Below, one piece after another: positions 48,251 through 60,800 of a stretch of DNA of 64,000 bases (within the stretch, counting starts at the first letter, position 1; each line of letters begins with the position of its first letter). The notes below the pieces were generated by a model that saw nothing but the letters and a program-made list of their open reading frames with translations, made no database searches and had not been told where the DNA came from. This stretch comes from Cyanophora paradoxa CCMP329 (lineage: Eukaryota; Plantae; Glaucophyta), in assembly GCA_004431415.1 (NCBI GenBank), contig QPMI01000236.1, positions 15,064-79,063 of the forward strand, written 5' to 3'. A program made the position numbers and the translations under genes.

Positions 48251-48445
48251 CTAAGCCTGGCCTCCTTCTCCCTTTAAATAAATTTCTGCACGTCTTTTGT
48301 GCACATGCATATGCGCAGCTTCATTACCTATATCTCGCAGTTGTTGAAGCTCGTGTACATCGCGATACACTCTAGATCTGTCGACGTCAATTTTCTGTCA
48401 GCTTGCAGACATATAAAAGACGTGTACAGCCCATTGAGCGGCATT
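48251..48445 (-). pseudogene. Possible decayed DUF4145/HEPN-like fragment
   Basis: The minus strand reads KIDVDRSRVYRDVHELQQLRDIGNEAAH, with an LRxxGNxAAH motif at 48311-48340. It is AT-richer than host exons and the frame is broken upstream. Confidence 0.35.
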
Positions 48446-48898
48446 CATTCTCTCTTGCTCTAGATCTATCATGCCAACACATACAATAACAAAGAGGATT
48501 CACGTTATAGCACTTGCGAGCATTACTGTTAAAAACGAAGGCCATAATACAGGACTCACAAGACAGGGGATTCGCCCCACTTCAAGTCTCTCAAAAAAAC
48601 ACATAGCATGAGACAGGAGACCTTGTTGCAGTGCTAAGACTTCGAAAAAGTGGAAATCTAAAAACTAACATGCTATGATGCGGCGCCGGCTCCAAAAATT
48701 AAACGCGCACAAATTAAAGCCCCATCTGCAATACATACGTGCAGTGAAAATAATAACATGAGCCAGTTCCGTACATTACGTAAGTAAAGACTAGTACTAC
48801 CGTAAGTAAAGACCAGTACTACGTTACGCAAATCACTTCAGCGCTTATATAAATCCACTCCGTTATACGTAAAGAGTCCGGATCTCTACGTATACGTC

Positions 48899-51800
48899 TC
48901 ACACGAAGGCGAAGAAAGGTGCGGCGGCGGCGGCGGCGGCGTCGGCGTCGGGCGGGCCTAGGCCCAGGCCGCTCAGGCCCGTGCCCTGCAGGCGGGCCAG
49001 GCAGGGGAGGTGCAGGCCCGTCTCCGCGACAATCAGCCCCGCGTGGTTCAGCGCCTCCATCTAAAAGAGAGAGAGTCAGAATCAGTTAGAGCGCTGTTTT
49101 GGAAAGGAATCTAGAAAACAGCTAGGGGGCTGTTTCAGAAAGCTTGAGGATTTTAGAAATCAGTCAGTGCGCCGTTCTAGAGCGCAAATTAATTTAAACG
49201 AAGACTAAGGGATCCGGAGCCGAGGCGGCGCAGGTGATTGCTAGGTGTGCTTATAAGATGTAATTAAACAGAACGGTTAGGGCGCTGTTCTGGGAAGCAA
49301 GCAACGTGTATTGTATCGCACCTTTGCCGCTTCCTCGCGCTCGGCGCGGGAGAGCTCTCGTAGCTGGCCCGCCTCCCTCCGCTCCCGCCTGGCGGCCGCC
49401 TAGGAAAGAAGGAAGGAAGGAAGGAGGAAGCGCGCGCGGATGTCAGAGAACGGAGGAATCGCCCAAGACAACATATAATATCATGATGAACCTGGGCCTC
49501 GGCGGCGAGGTGGGCGTGGACGCGCGCGATGCGGGCGCAGGCGACGGCCTCGAAGGGGCGCATGCCCGAGCGGCCCAGCGCCTGGCGGGCCGCCCGGAGG
49601 GCCTCCAGCGCCCGCGCCGGCGTCGCCGCCGCCTCGGCCCGCGCCAGGAGGAGGAGCGGCTGGAGGGCGGGCACGCTCCGCTTGCACGTCTCCTCCAGCA
49701 GCCGCACGGCCGCCTCGGCGGTCGCCGCCGCCCGCGTCGCGGCGCGCCGGCTGCCGGCCGACGCGGCCGCCGCGCTCTGCTCCGCCGTCCGCTTCCTCTG
49801 GAAGGCGCCCAGCGCCGAAGGCCACGAGAGGCGGAGGGGCCCCCTCGAGTTGCCGCGCGCGAGGCCGGCGATGCCGGCCTCCGAGGGGGGGTACCGGTCC
49901 GTCCCGGCGGCGTCCATGTCCGAGTAGACCGACGCGAGGGGCCGCGCCACGAACTGTGCCGAAGCTCATCGAATCGCTGCGCAAAGCCCAAAGATGTGCA
50001 CTCTTGCAAAGGATTTCGGACCTTGGAAGGCGACGGGGACCCGGAGCTGGGCAGGGCGCTGTGGAGGGACCCGGCCGAGTCGCGCCGCGAGTTCGAGTTC
50101 ACGATCGTCGAGGAAGAGTAGAGCAGCGGCGGGCCCGACTCGGCGCGCGCCGGCGGCTGCGGCTGCTCCGACAGCTGCTGCGGCTGCGGCCGGCGCAGCC
50201 GGAGGGACGTCGCTTGCCACTGGGCAAAGTCCACTACGAGGAACGCGACCAGGACGTGGAACCTGAGAAAGGTTTTGATGAGTCTTTGAGCGATCGCCTA
50301 AGTTGGCTTAGGTGTGGCGGTGTGTAGGCTGAACGCACCAGCTGAACGTCTCGATGTCGCGCTTCCACTGCACCACCGCATCCGACACCGCCGCCGCCAT
50401 CCCCTGCGAGCCTTGCGTGTTACGGGACGGGACGGGCGGAACGGCGCTCAAGTCTCGTTCGTCCTCTCTCTTAGTTCCGTTTGGGCTCCCAAGGACGCGC
50501 TCAGCTCAGCGCGGATAGTTTGGTTTAGCGAACTGCTAAACCTCCCTGTAGCTTGGGCGGCTCGTTTGTTTAGTTTGGCAAATTTAAACAGCAATTAGCG
50601 GATCAGCAATTGGCAAATTTAAACCGCTCAAACCGCTCATTTATTTCGTTTAGTTTGGCGAATTTAAACAGCGATTTCGAAGCGGATGCGTACCTCGGGG
50701 TCGCGGTGGGTGCGCCACGCGTGGAGGCCCCGCAGGAGGCGCGCGAGGGCGTCCGCCGGCCAGCGGCCCCGCACGGAGCCGGGGGACCGCTGCTGCGCGA
50801 ACCGCCCGTGCCGCATGTGGAACTGCCGGTCGGCGGGCGCCCCGCGGTGAGCGGGGGCGGCATTGAACAGACAGAAAGCTCAAGAGGAGCGCGGACGGAC
50901 CGCAGCGATGCGCTCGAGCGCGAGGTCGACCTGCGGGCGCGCGGGCGCCGCCCTGTCAGGCAACGAAAGGATGGAGCTGGCGTCTGAGCCTATTCTACGA
51001 CTTGAGTCTGCTTTTTAGACGAGACTGTTACTGAGCGCCGCGCCGCGCGCGCGGACTAATACTCAAACTATTTTAGAGAGCCTTGCGATGCTGCTCATTT
51101 AATTATAAGAGACTGTCGCTAATTGTCGTCGTTGCAGTGGCACCTGCTCGTCCGTGCCGCGGAGGAACGCGGCGAAGCCGGCGATGACCTCGTGCACCAG
51201 CGCCACCGCCTCGTTCCCGCTCGCCTGCGGCGGGCGGGCGGGGGCGTTGGGCGCTTGTTGCTTGGGACGGCGGGGTCGATATATATCGGCGTACCTTGGA
51301 GGCGGCGAGGGCGCGCTGGCTAACGGCCTGAGCGCCCTCAAACTGGCCCTGCGAGCAGACGGGGCGGCGGACGGTGAGACGCAGCGTGGCAGCAAACGCC
51401 AGCCAAACAAATCAGATTAAGCATCGAGGCTTTCTAAGCGCAGGACAGCAAGCGTTTCTTTCTTTCTTTCTAATCCGTAAAGGGTGGCGCGGACAGCAAG
51501 GCTTCTTGCTCTGGGGCGGGTCGCGGGCGGGCGGGCCGGGGCGCACGAGGAGGAGGAGGCAGAGGGCCTCTGCGAGGAGCGAGTCCACCGCGAAGGCGTG
51601 GCCCCGCTGCGTGTGCGCAGGCGGCCTCAACGTTGGCGCAAAGCCGAGCAGACCCGAGCAAAGCCGAGCAGAGCCGAGCCGAGCCGAGCCGGGCGGGCGG
51701 GGGGCGGGCGGACCTGGTAGACGGTAGCCGCCTCGAACTTGTGCGCCGCCTCCTGCATCCGCCCCTCCGTCGCCAGCTGCGCGCACGGGTCGATCGCAGC

Positions 51801-54800
51801 GAACGACACGCATTGTTGACGTTGGCGCCTTCTTGTAGGAGAGCGGGTCGGGTCGGCACCTGAGTGGCGTGGTCGAAGCAGGCGGAGGCGCGGGCGAGGT
51901 CGTCGTCGAGCTAGAGAAGGTACGCGCGCGAGTCAAGCGCAGGAGGCGACGAACGCACCGCAGAGGGCGCGGGCACGCGCACCTTGTCCGCCAGCGAGTA
52001 GGAGAGGTTCAGCATGCGCGAGGCGTGGCGCTTGAACCCCAGCGCTGGAGCGCGGGCGGTGAGGGGCCGCGGGCCGGCACACGTTTGGAGACGAGGCGGG
52101 CGGGCGCGCAAGCGCGCACTGCTGAGCATGCCCGAGAGGTTGGCAAGGACCCGCGCGTGAGCGACGTGCAGACTCTGCGATGCGATGGCGGCCCGTCAGG
52201 CGACGATGACGATCAAAGGGAAAAATCTAACCGAGCTCTAGATCTAGATAGAGGGGGCCGGGGCACCTTGGCGCTGCTCGCGTACACGAGATCAGTCGCC
52301 TTGAGGAGCGCCGAGCGCGCCGCCCGAAGGCGCTCGGCGGGCGACGGCGAGCCGTCCGCCGCGCCGCCGTCGCTCATGTTCACCCTGAGACCGGGCGCCC
52401 GTTCGTTAGCTTTTTCAATCTAATCTTTCGTTTAAGAAAAGAAAGAAAGCACCAGGCGAACAGGAGGAGGCACTCCAGTCTGGCGACCTGCATCTCGTCC
52501 CGCGGGGAGGGCGGCGGCAGGGCGCCGCCGCCGCCGGCGCCGCCAGCGTCGGCGGGTCCGGAGGCGGAGGCGGATGCGGAGGCGGAGGCCCCCGGGCGCG
52601 GGCCGGGTCCCACGGGCTCCGACGTGAAGCGCGGGTTCCGCAGGAGGAACGTCATCAGGTGCACGTGCGCCTCTGGATGGATTAAGGTGAAAATCAAACA
52701 ATTGATAAATTCAACGTTCGGCAGCGAGCTGCGAAGCGAGCGCATAAGAAATGCGCAAAAGACTCACTCGCGGTGCCCATGAAGCTGTTCCCCGCCACCG
52801 GCGGCGACGTGCCGAGCATCCGGAGGCAGGTCGCCTGCGGAGAGCGCGCGGGTCTCGAGTGAGCCGGGCCGGTGGCACGGCGCCGGCAACAGAGCGTCGT
52901 GGAGCGGCGCGGGCGCACGGCCAGCGTCTTGGCGCTCTCCAGGCGCCCCATCGAGAAGCTGCGCGGAGAAGGTTTTAGTACGAGCAAACGGGTAGCGGTT
53001 GGATTCTTAGGGACCGCACTCGATGAAGGCGATGGTGCGCGTGGCGAGGGCCGTGAGGAGCTGCAGCCGCTCGCGCTCCGGCGGAGGCGCCCCCGGGATC
53101 GCCCGCTTCGCCTGTGTGCCCGGCCAAATGTCAGCGACGCCGAAATATCTGTCTGATATCGATAGACAGCTAACAGTAAATCTGAAACGGAGCGATATAA
53201 TTTGAGTGCTGACATCTTTCTATCAGGTAACAGCCCACACAAGAAGATCTAGAGCCCCAAGCACACGAGCGCACCGCCTCGGCGAGCTCCGAGTAGAGCC
53301 GGCGCGCCTCGGGCAGCGCGTTGCTCCTGCGGCAGTGCGGGTTCCGTTGTTTAGGACGGCGGGCTCGTCTTAGCGGCGGGGCCCTCGCTCACTGGTAGGC
53401 GACGGTGCCGGCCCGCTCGAGGTACTCAATCGTCATCGCCGAGTCGCCGGCCGCCTTCCAGTGCAGCCTGACGCGTCACGGTGAGACGGGGGCGGAAGCG
53501 GGGCGGGGCAAAAGAGAGCGGAGAGCCCGAGAGGTAAACTACAGGAGGGGCTAGTGACGCCACTTCGCCCCTTTCTAACACACTGTCTGGGGCGGGGCGG
53601 GGCGAATAAGAGAGAGTGGGGCTCGACGATGAGCTACAGGAGGCTAAGGGATACTAACGTCAGGTCTTTCGGCCCTTCAGAATACTGTCTGGGGCGCGAG
53701 CGCGGAAATCCACCCGCGCGCTCTAGATTGGAGATCGCTGGTCCGGGCGCACGCGAGGAGGGAGGGGCTGCAGGTGGCGTCGGCCTCGAGCCAGGCGGCC
53801 GCGCGGCGGTGCGCGTCCCGCCGGTGCGCCTCCGCCATCGAGTTGTAGATGGATTCCTGGTGGAAAATTAGGTCAGCTCAGAACGCCTCAGATCGGCTCA
53901 GATCGACTCAGATCCGACATGATCTAATCTGACCTTGACGAGGACGTGCGTGAAGTCGAACTGGAACGACGGGTCGGGCCACGTCGCGTGCTCGTCCTGT
54001 CCGGCCCGGCCCGGCCTCCGTCAGAGGGGTGCACGCGCACGCGCGGCGGGGAATTCGAATTCAAAGCTTGCATGGGGCACGCCCTCTAGATCTGAGGACA
54101 TAAACAGGAAACAGGAAACAAAAGCAAGCGAGCCATAACAAAGAAAGGCGTGCAGATCTATATGTACACAAACAAACAAACAAACTCGCGGACCTCGTCC
54201 TCGTCGAGGAGGCCGTGGGCGTGGCCGTGGTGGGCGCGGCCGTGGCCCGCGCCCAGCGGCTCCACCGCGTCCCCGCCCTCCTCCCCTTCTTCTTCTTCTT
54301 CGTCGTCGTCGTCATCCTCGGCGCCCTTCTGCCGGCGATCAGCAGGCTGCAGGCTGCAGGCTGCAGCTGAGAGATAGCCTAAGGTGGCTTAGGTGAGCGG
54401 CATGGCCGCTATTCTAAAGATCTAGAGCCCATAATAACGAATAACTAAACCAGAACTGAAACCATAAAAGCGGCATGGCCGCGGGGCTTCGTTCCCTCGC
54501 CAGGTACTAGGCCTGGCACGGCCGACCCCGCCCAACCGGAACCAAATAACAAAGCTCGCGGACCTTGATGAGGTCGGCGCGGACGAGCTGCCGGAGCGCG
54601 ATGACGACGGCGCGGAGCTCCATGCGCGTCGGGTCGACCGCGCGGATGGCCCCCGCGCTGAACCGCGTCCCGATCACCGCCGCCAGCTTCAGCACAGCCT
54701 GGGGAGAGCGAGGAAACAGAGTTGGCGGAGTGGAAACGTTAACAGAGGGACATGCTGATATTGGGAGGGGGATAGATTGAGGACGGCCTTAACAAGAACG

Positions 54801-57800
54801 TTAATTAATATAACAAAGAAAGAAGCGTTAACGGAGGGACGAGCAGGCTGTTTGTTCGCTGGGGACCTGGGTCTGGGAGGGGAGCTGGTCGATGCGGCTG
54901 AGGATGAGTTGCTGGATGGTGTCCCCGATCGAGTCGACCCCGAGGCTCCGCTGCCGGCACAGCTCGACGACTGCGCGCACAAACGCGTCGCGCACAGTGT
55001 AAGACCGGGCGGGCGGGGCGCGAGGGGGCCGGGCTGTGCGCACCGAACAGGGGGACGCCCCCCGCCTTCTTGAGCGCCGCGTCGAACTCTTCCTGCGGGG
55101 CGGGCGCTCAGAGGAGAAAAGTGGAGGAGCTGGAGCCGCGGAAGAAGAAGCGAATCAAAGCCGCGCACGGGCGTCCACTCGATGTGGAGCTGCGCCGAGA
55201 GGGTCTGCGGAGCGAGGGACCCGGCGCGACCGTCAGACGTGATCGATCACATCCGCCGGAAGCTCCGACCGCGGGCCGAGCCGAGGAAGGGAACTAGGTC
55301 CCCAGCTGGGAGCGGGGCGTGGCGGATCCGGGGGCGCTAGCTAGGCGTGCTTCCGTTCAAGAAGCGGCGGCCCAGTTCCCTCGCCTCTATCCTACCGAGC
55401 GAGCCTATGCCACCTAGGGCTATCTATCTCCCGGCCGAGCCGGCGGGCGCACAGCGACGAGGGAGCGGGCGGCCTCCTGGCCGAGGGGCCCCAGCCGGAC
55501 CCGCACGACCACCAGCGGCGCCTCCACCACCTCGGGGTGCAGCAGCGGCGGCGCCACCTGCCCGCAACCCAAGGATCGGCCGGGCAAGATCAAATCAAGA
55601 CGTAAGGAAGATCATCGAGAAAGGACCTCGGAGGGGTGGCGGCTGAGAACTTCCCCCGGGTCCGAGCTGCGGAGCGGAGCTTTTAGCCGCACGGAAGAAA
55701 ATCGCGAACGGAGAAGAGGAAAGGGGGAGGGCGGGCGCGGGCCGACCTCTCGTCGACCCGAAGAGACACGCCGGGGGCATGCGACGCCCGCAGGGGGCTG
55801 CTCGAGCGCCCGTGGTCCACCGCGGTCAAGACCTGCGAGCCGAGCCGCGCTCAAGACCTGCGCGCCAAGCCGCAGCTTACGCCCAGGCCGGGCGGGCGGA
55901 CCAGGTCCTGGGCCTGGCCGGAGAGCACGAGGTAGTCCGTGGGAGGGGACGCCATCGGGCGGGAGGCCACCACGATCTGGAGGCGAGGGCGAAGAGTAGT
56001 GTGAGCGGGAGTCGGCACGCGCGCGCGCGAGGGGCGCGATCGCGAGGGCGCACCAGGATCCTCCTGCAGCTCTCGCGGATGTGGCGAAGCACGGTCCAGC
56101 TGAGCGAGTCGAGGAACTGCAAGTCGACGCTTCAGCGTGTTTTCTTCTAAGAGCTGAATGGACGCCGCGGGATTCGAACTCGGACCTGGGCGTCGTCGAT
56201 GAGGATGGCGAGGGGCTGCCGCCGCGTGCGCGAGTGGCGCCGGGCCGCCGCCCCGCCGGGCGCCGGCGGGGCCGCCAGCGAGCCGCCGGACCCGGGCCCG
56301 GCCCCGGCCCCTGCCGCCAGCGGGTGCGACCCGTCCATGCCCGTCTGCTGCAGGGCCTCCACGTACCTTCAAGAAAAGAAAGAAAGCGTCGTCAGATTTC
56401 GATCGAGGCCGAACGGAGAAATTGTAAGAGTCACCGGCAAAGGGCCTCGGCCACCTGCAGGACCCGGCGCGAGCGCAGCATGGGCAGCGACCCGCCCTTG
56501 TACGTGCTCTCCTATATTAAAGCTCGTCAGAACCGATATTCAAGCTTCTAAAACCATTTCATTTGTTTTCGCGGACGGACCTGGAGCATCTCCTGGTTCG
56601 CCAGCGCCGACTGGGACAGGCCGGCGGGCGACCCGGCGCGCCCGCGGTACGTGCTCCCGTCATGCCCCGCCGGGCCGCTCCCACCTGCTGCAAAGAAAAG
56701 AGCGTAGAACGAGAGTGAGCAGAGCGCAAGGGATCACCGATCATCCGCTTCAAACGGAATCCGCAAGAAGGACGGGAAGGGAGCTCCGACGGCCAATTAG
56801 ATCCAGATCTATAGCTATAGCTAGAAGTCATGATCGGACAGCGCACCGGTGTGGGCGCCCGGGGCGCCGGGGCGGGTGGAGGGAAAGAGGCTCCGCCACA
56901 GGAGCGACGCGTCGTCCGCGCCGAGCAGGCCCCGCTTCTCCCCGTCCTGCCCGACCATCGGCGCCGGCACCGGCACGATCAGGTTGGAATTGAAAAAGAG
57001 AAACGAAGAAGAATAAATAAAGAGAGTAAGCATGCAGAATCAGCTATAATCATTCTCTAAGAACAAAGGCTCAAACTCGACGTCATGATCAAATGAACAG
57101 GTCGAGGGCAGCCTCGGCGCGAAGATTATAAAGAGGACGTGCACGATAGCTTCGCCCTTTAAATATCTTTCTATTCATCGGGGCTGGGCGCGGGCGCGGG
57201 CGCACCGCCCGCATCGCCTCCTCCGAGCTGACGTCCAGCACCGGGGAGAGCAGGCCCCTGCGCCCCGGGCCGGGCCCCCGCGTCGGCGAGAGAATTCGAG
57301 CGCGCAGAACAAGAGTGGGTAGAGGGCAGGGGATCCGGATCGATATCATCATCCGCTTCAGACGGAATCCGCAAGAACAAGAGGAGGCAAGAACTCTCTT
57401 GAACTAGACTAGTACTTCTCTAGACCAATGCTATGCCTCCCGTCTCTCAGATCTGGGGCCGCACCTGCAGGCCCAGAGGGGGGTGGCCTCTTTCTAGGTG
57501 CTCTAGATCTTCTAAGATCCTCTAAGATCCTCTAGATCTAGATCTTCTTCGAAGGCTCGCTCTTTCTGAGAGTGTCTTCTTCTTCTCTAGATCTCCCGCA
57601 CCTGCAGGCCCAGAGCGGGGTGGCCTCCTCGTAGGTCGAGGGGTGGAAGCGGAGGACGCCGACGCCCCGCGCCCCGCACGCCCGCTGCACCTGAAGGGCA
57701 GCGGGAGGCGAGGGAAGTGAGTGAGAGGGGCGGCGGAAAGGGCGGCGTATAGACAGCCGGCCGGCCGTCCCCGCGCCCCACGCCCCGCGCCCCGCGCGCC

Positions 57801-60800
57801 CGCCGCACCTCCCGGAGGAAAAGCGTCTTGCCGTACCCCGCGTCCCCTGCGCCCCCCCGCCGCCGGGCGGCCGGCCCCCACGCGGTCAGCGCTAGCGGCG
57901 AGCAGCGGAGCCAGCGAGCAGCGCTCAGGAGCGGGGGGCTCTTAAAGAGGACCAGGGGAGACGGGCAGGCCGAGGCCTGGGCGCCGGCGCAAGTAGGCCG
58001 AGCTCGGGAGCGGGGGCGCGGTAGCAAGGCCTTGATCTCTCTAGGAATCTAGGGCTGGATCTCTGGCTCGAGGGCGATCTAACCGCTTATAGACAAACGG
58101 CGGTCCAACGACTTCAGGGTCTTTAGCTCGACGCGGCGACCCCCAAAAAGCGGATCATCGGATCGCACCCTCGACGATGAGCGTGGTGGGCGCCCCGGCA
58201 ATCGTCCGCCCCACCGCCTTGAGCGCCGTCTCCAGCTCCCCCTCCCTGCACGAGACAAGAAGAGGCGGCGGTCACGAGCTTTGTATCTCGTCTCTCTTTT
58301 GTCAGAGTGCGCACCGCCCGATGCAGGCGGCGGTGCTCTGCTGGGCGGTGAGGAGCGACACGCGCCCCGGGGCCGCGGCCGGCACAGCCCCTCCGAACGA
58401 CTCGGGCGGCCCCGCCGCTCCCGCTCCCGCTCCCGCTCCCGCTCCCGCTCCCGCGCCGGAGTCGGTCCCGAAGGCTGTCGCCGCCGCCGCCGCCCCCGCC
58501 GCCGGCGTCGCCGCCGGCCGCAGCTGCCTCGCCTCTGCGCACTGCTTCGGGCAGAAGATCGCCACCGACTCCACGAAGCCCTGGTGATCAAAGCCAACAG
58601 TCAGTTAGCTAGCAGAACTCGAACCCACTTAGATACTCAGCTAAGCTATATTATGATCCTAAAATTATAAGCACCTTCGCCTTGATCTCGCCGGCGTCCT
58701 CGAACTCGAGGTTCGTCGAGACGCCGCGCTCCGAGATCGCCGAGACGACGCTCTGCGCGCATGCGGAGTCGGGAGAAGGTCAAGGACGAGGACAAGAGGC
58801 CTAAGACGAAGATCGAGTCTAGATCTGGCCCTTGTTATTGTTTTGTTGATCGCGAACTCGCTGAGTCGTCGAGTCGCTGAGACGGAAGAAAGCCGAGAAA
58901 AGCCTAAGCTAGAGACCTAGATCTAGTCTAGGATATGACCCTTGAAAAGGGCCGTAAAATTCAATTAAAGCGGACCTGGTCGACGAGGACGAGCTGCCCG
59001 CGCACGAGCCGCGTCGACGAGCGGCGCCGCCCCTGCGCGCGCGCCGCGCGCATAATTAATATTGGCGGCCGCGACCAGACGCCGGGACAACGAGCGGCCG
59101 CGGATGCGGGTGTTTTCCTTGGGGTGGGGTGGGGCTAGCTAGCTAGCTGGCTGGCTGTGGGCGCACCCTGCGCGGCCAGGGGCCGCCGGCGCCCGGGTCC
59201 CCCGCGTGCAGCTGCGCGGCGGGTTCGGGCGTCACAGGCGAAGGAAGGAAGGAAATTAAAGCCGCAAGGCCAAAGCTAAGGGGACGGGCGCGCCTGGTCG
59301 TCGCGGAAGCCGACGCCGATCTCGCCGCGCGCGTGCGTCATGATGCGCGCCGCCTTGATCACCGCGTCCCTGCGAGCGCGAGCGAAGCGATAAGGAACCG
59401 TCCATGAGCTCTTGTAGTAAGCTCCTATAAGCTTCAGCTAGCTCGAGCATCAGCGCCGAAGCGGATAAGGAACGGACCCGATCCATGCGTACTCGCGCCG
59501 GCACGGGGCGCCGAGGCTCCCGCAGAAGATCCGGCCCCCCGCGATCTGGCCCGAGCCCCAGGATCCGAAGTGAGCTTGACCAATCTCACTATCGTTCGCG
59601 GCCACGGCCGCGGCTTCCCGCGCATGCGCACCCCGCAGGCAAAGGGGGCCGAGCTGGAGCCGAACCAGGCCTCGAGGGCGAGGGCGGCGCGGCAGGCGCG
59701 CTCCGCGTCGTCCTCGTGGCTGAAGAGCGGCAGCCCGAAGCCGATCAGCGCCGACGCGCCCTGCCGACGCTCGCAGTTAGTAAACCAAGAGGAAGCAGAA
59801 GCAGAGGAAGCAGATTATCCGATCAGGATTCGAGGGGCGGGCTGGAGAGACCTTGTCGTCGACGAAGATCTTGTTGCAGGAGCCGCCAAACTCCCTCGCC
59901 ACGCGGTGCACCGCGCGGAAGACCTGAGTCGGGGGCCGGGCCGGAGCGGCTCAGAACAGAAAGCGAGCGAGCGGGAAGCGGCGCGGCGGCCTTCCCCGCT
60001 CGGGCTCCAGGCTCGAATCTCGGGCGGACCTGCCCGAAGCGCTCGGCGTGCCGCCCCGTCCCGTCGCCGGCAGCCGCGTCCTCCTCGTTCGCCTCCTCGC
60101 GCTCCGGGTCCCCTCGTTCCGTCTGTGTGTGTGTGTGTGTGCGCGCGCCAGCGAGCGGTGAGCGGAGGCGGAGGCGATGGGCGATGGGCGGAGGCGCCGG
60201 GCACCGATGGCGATCGGGTCGCGTCGAGGGGCTCGGGCATCCCCGGCAGCCGCGACCTCTGCCCGCCGCTCCGCGCCACGTCCAGCTCCTGGGGTGCGAT
60301 AGATAGAAGAGGCGCGTCAGTCAGCTTCGCGAATCTAGAGCCGAATCGAATCGAAATAACGGATCGCACGGGGAAGCTGCAGAAGACGACGAAGACGTTC
60401 CGAATGTCGGCCGCCCAGAAGGCGTTCCCCCTCGAGCGCGTCACCGCCGCTGCGGGCCCGGGGGGCTTTTCAGAAGGAGAGGGGGAGAGAAGGGGGACTC
60501 CGGGAAGGTCGCGGCGTGAGCTCCTTTAGCTTCGATAAGTTCTCAAGAAGCTTCTTGCTCAAGCTTCTTGAGCTTCTCGCTTAGCTTCTCTCTTAAGCTT
60601 CGAGCAGTTCTTAGTTATAAGCGTATTAAGCTCCTTGCTACTTGCTGAACTGAGGGGGAAAGCACCGGGCGCCATGGCGGAGAGTTCGCGCGAGAATGGC
60701 GCGAGCGTCGCCGCCGCCTCCGCCGCGTCGCGCGCCCGCGCCGCCCCGCACGCGCAGGCGGCGCTGGCGTGCTCGCCCCCCACCGCCGCCTCCGCCAGCG

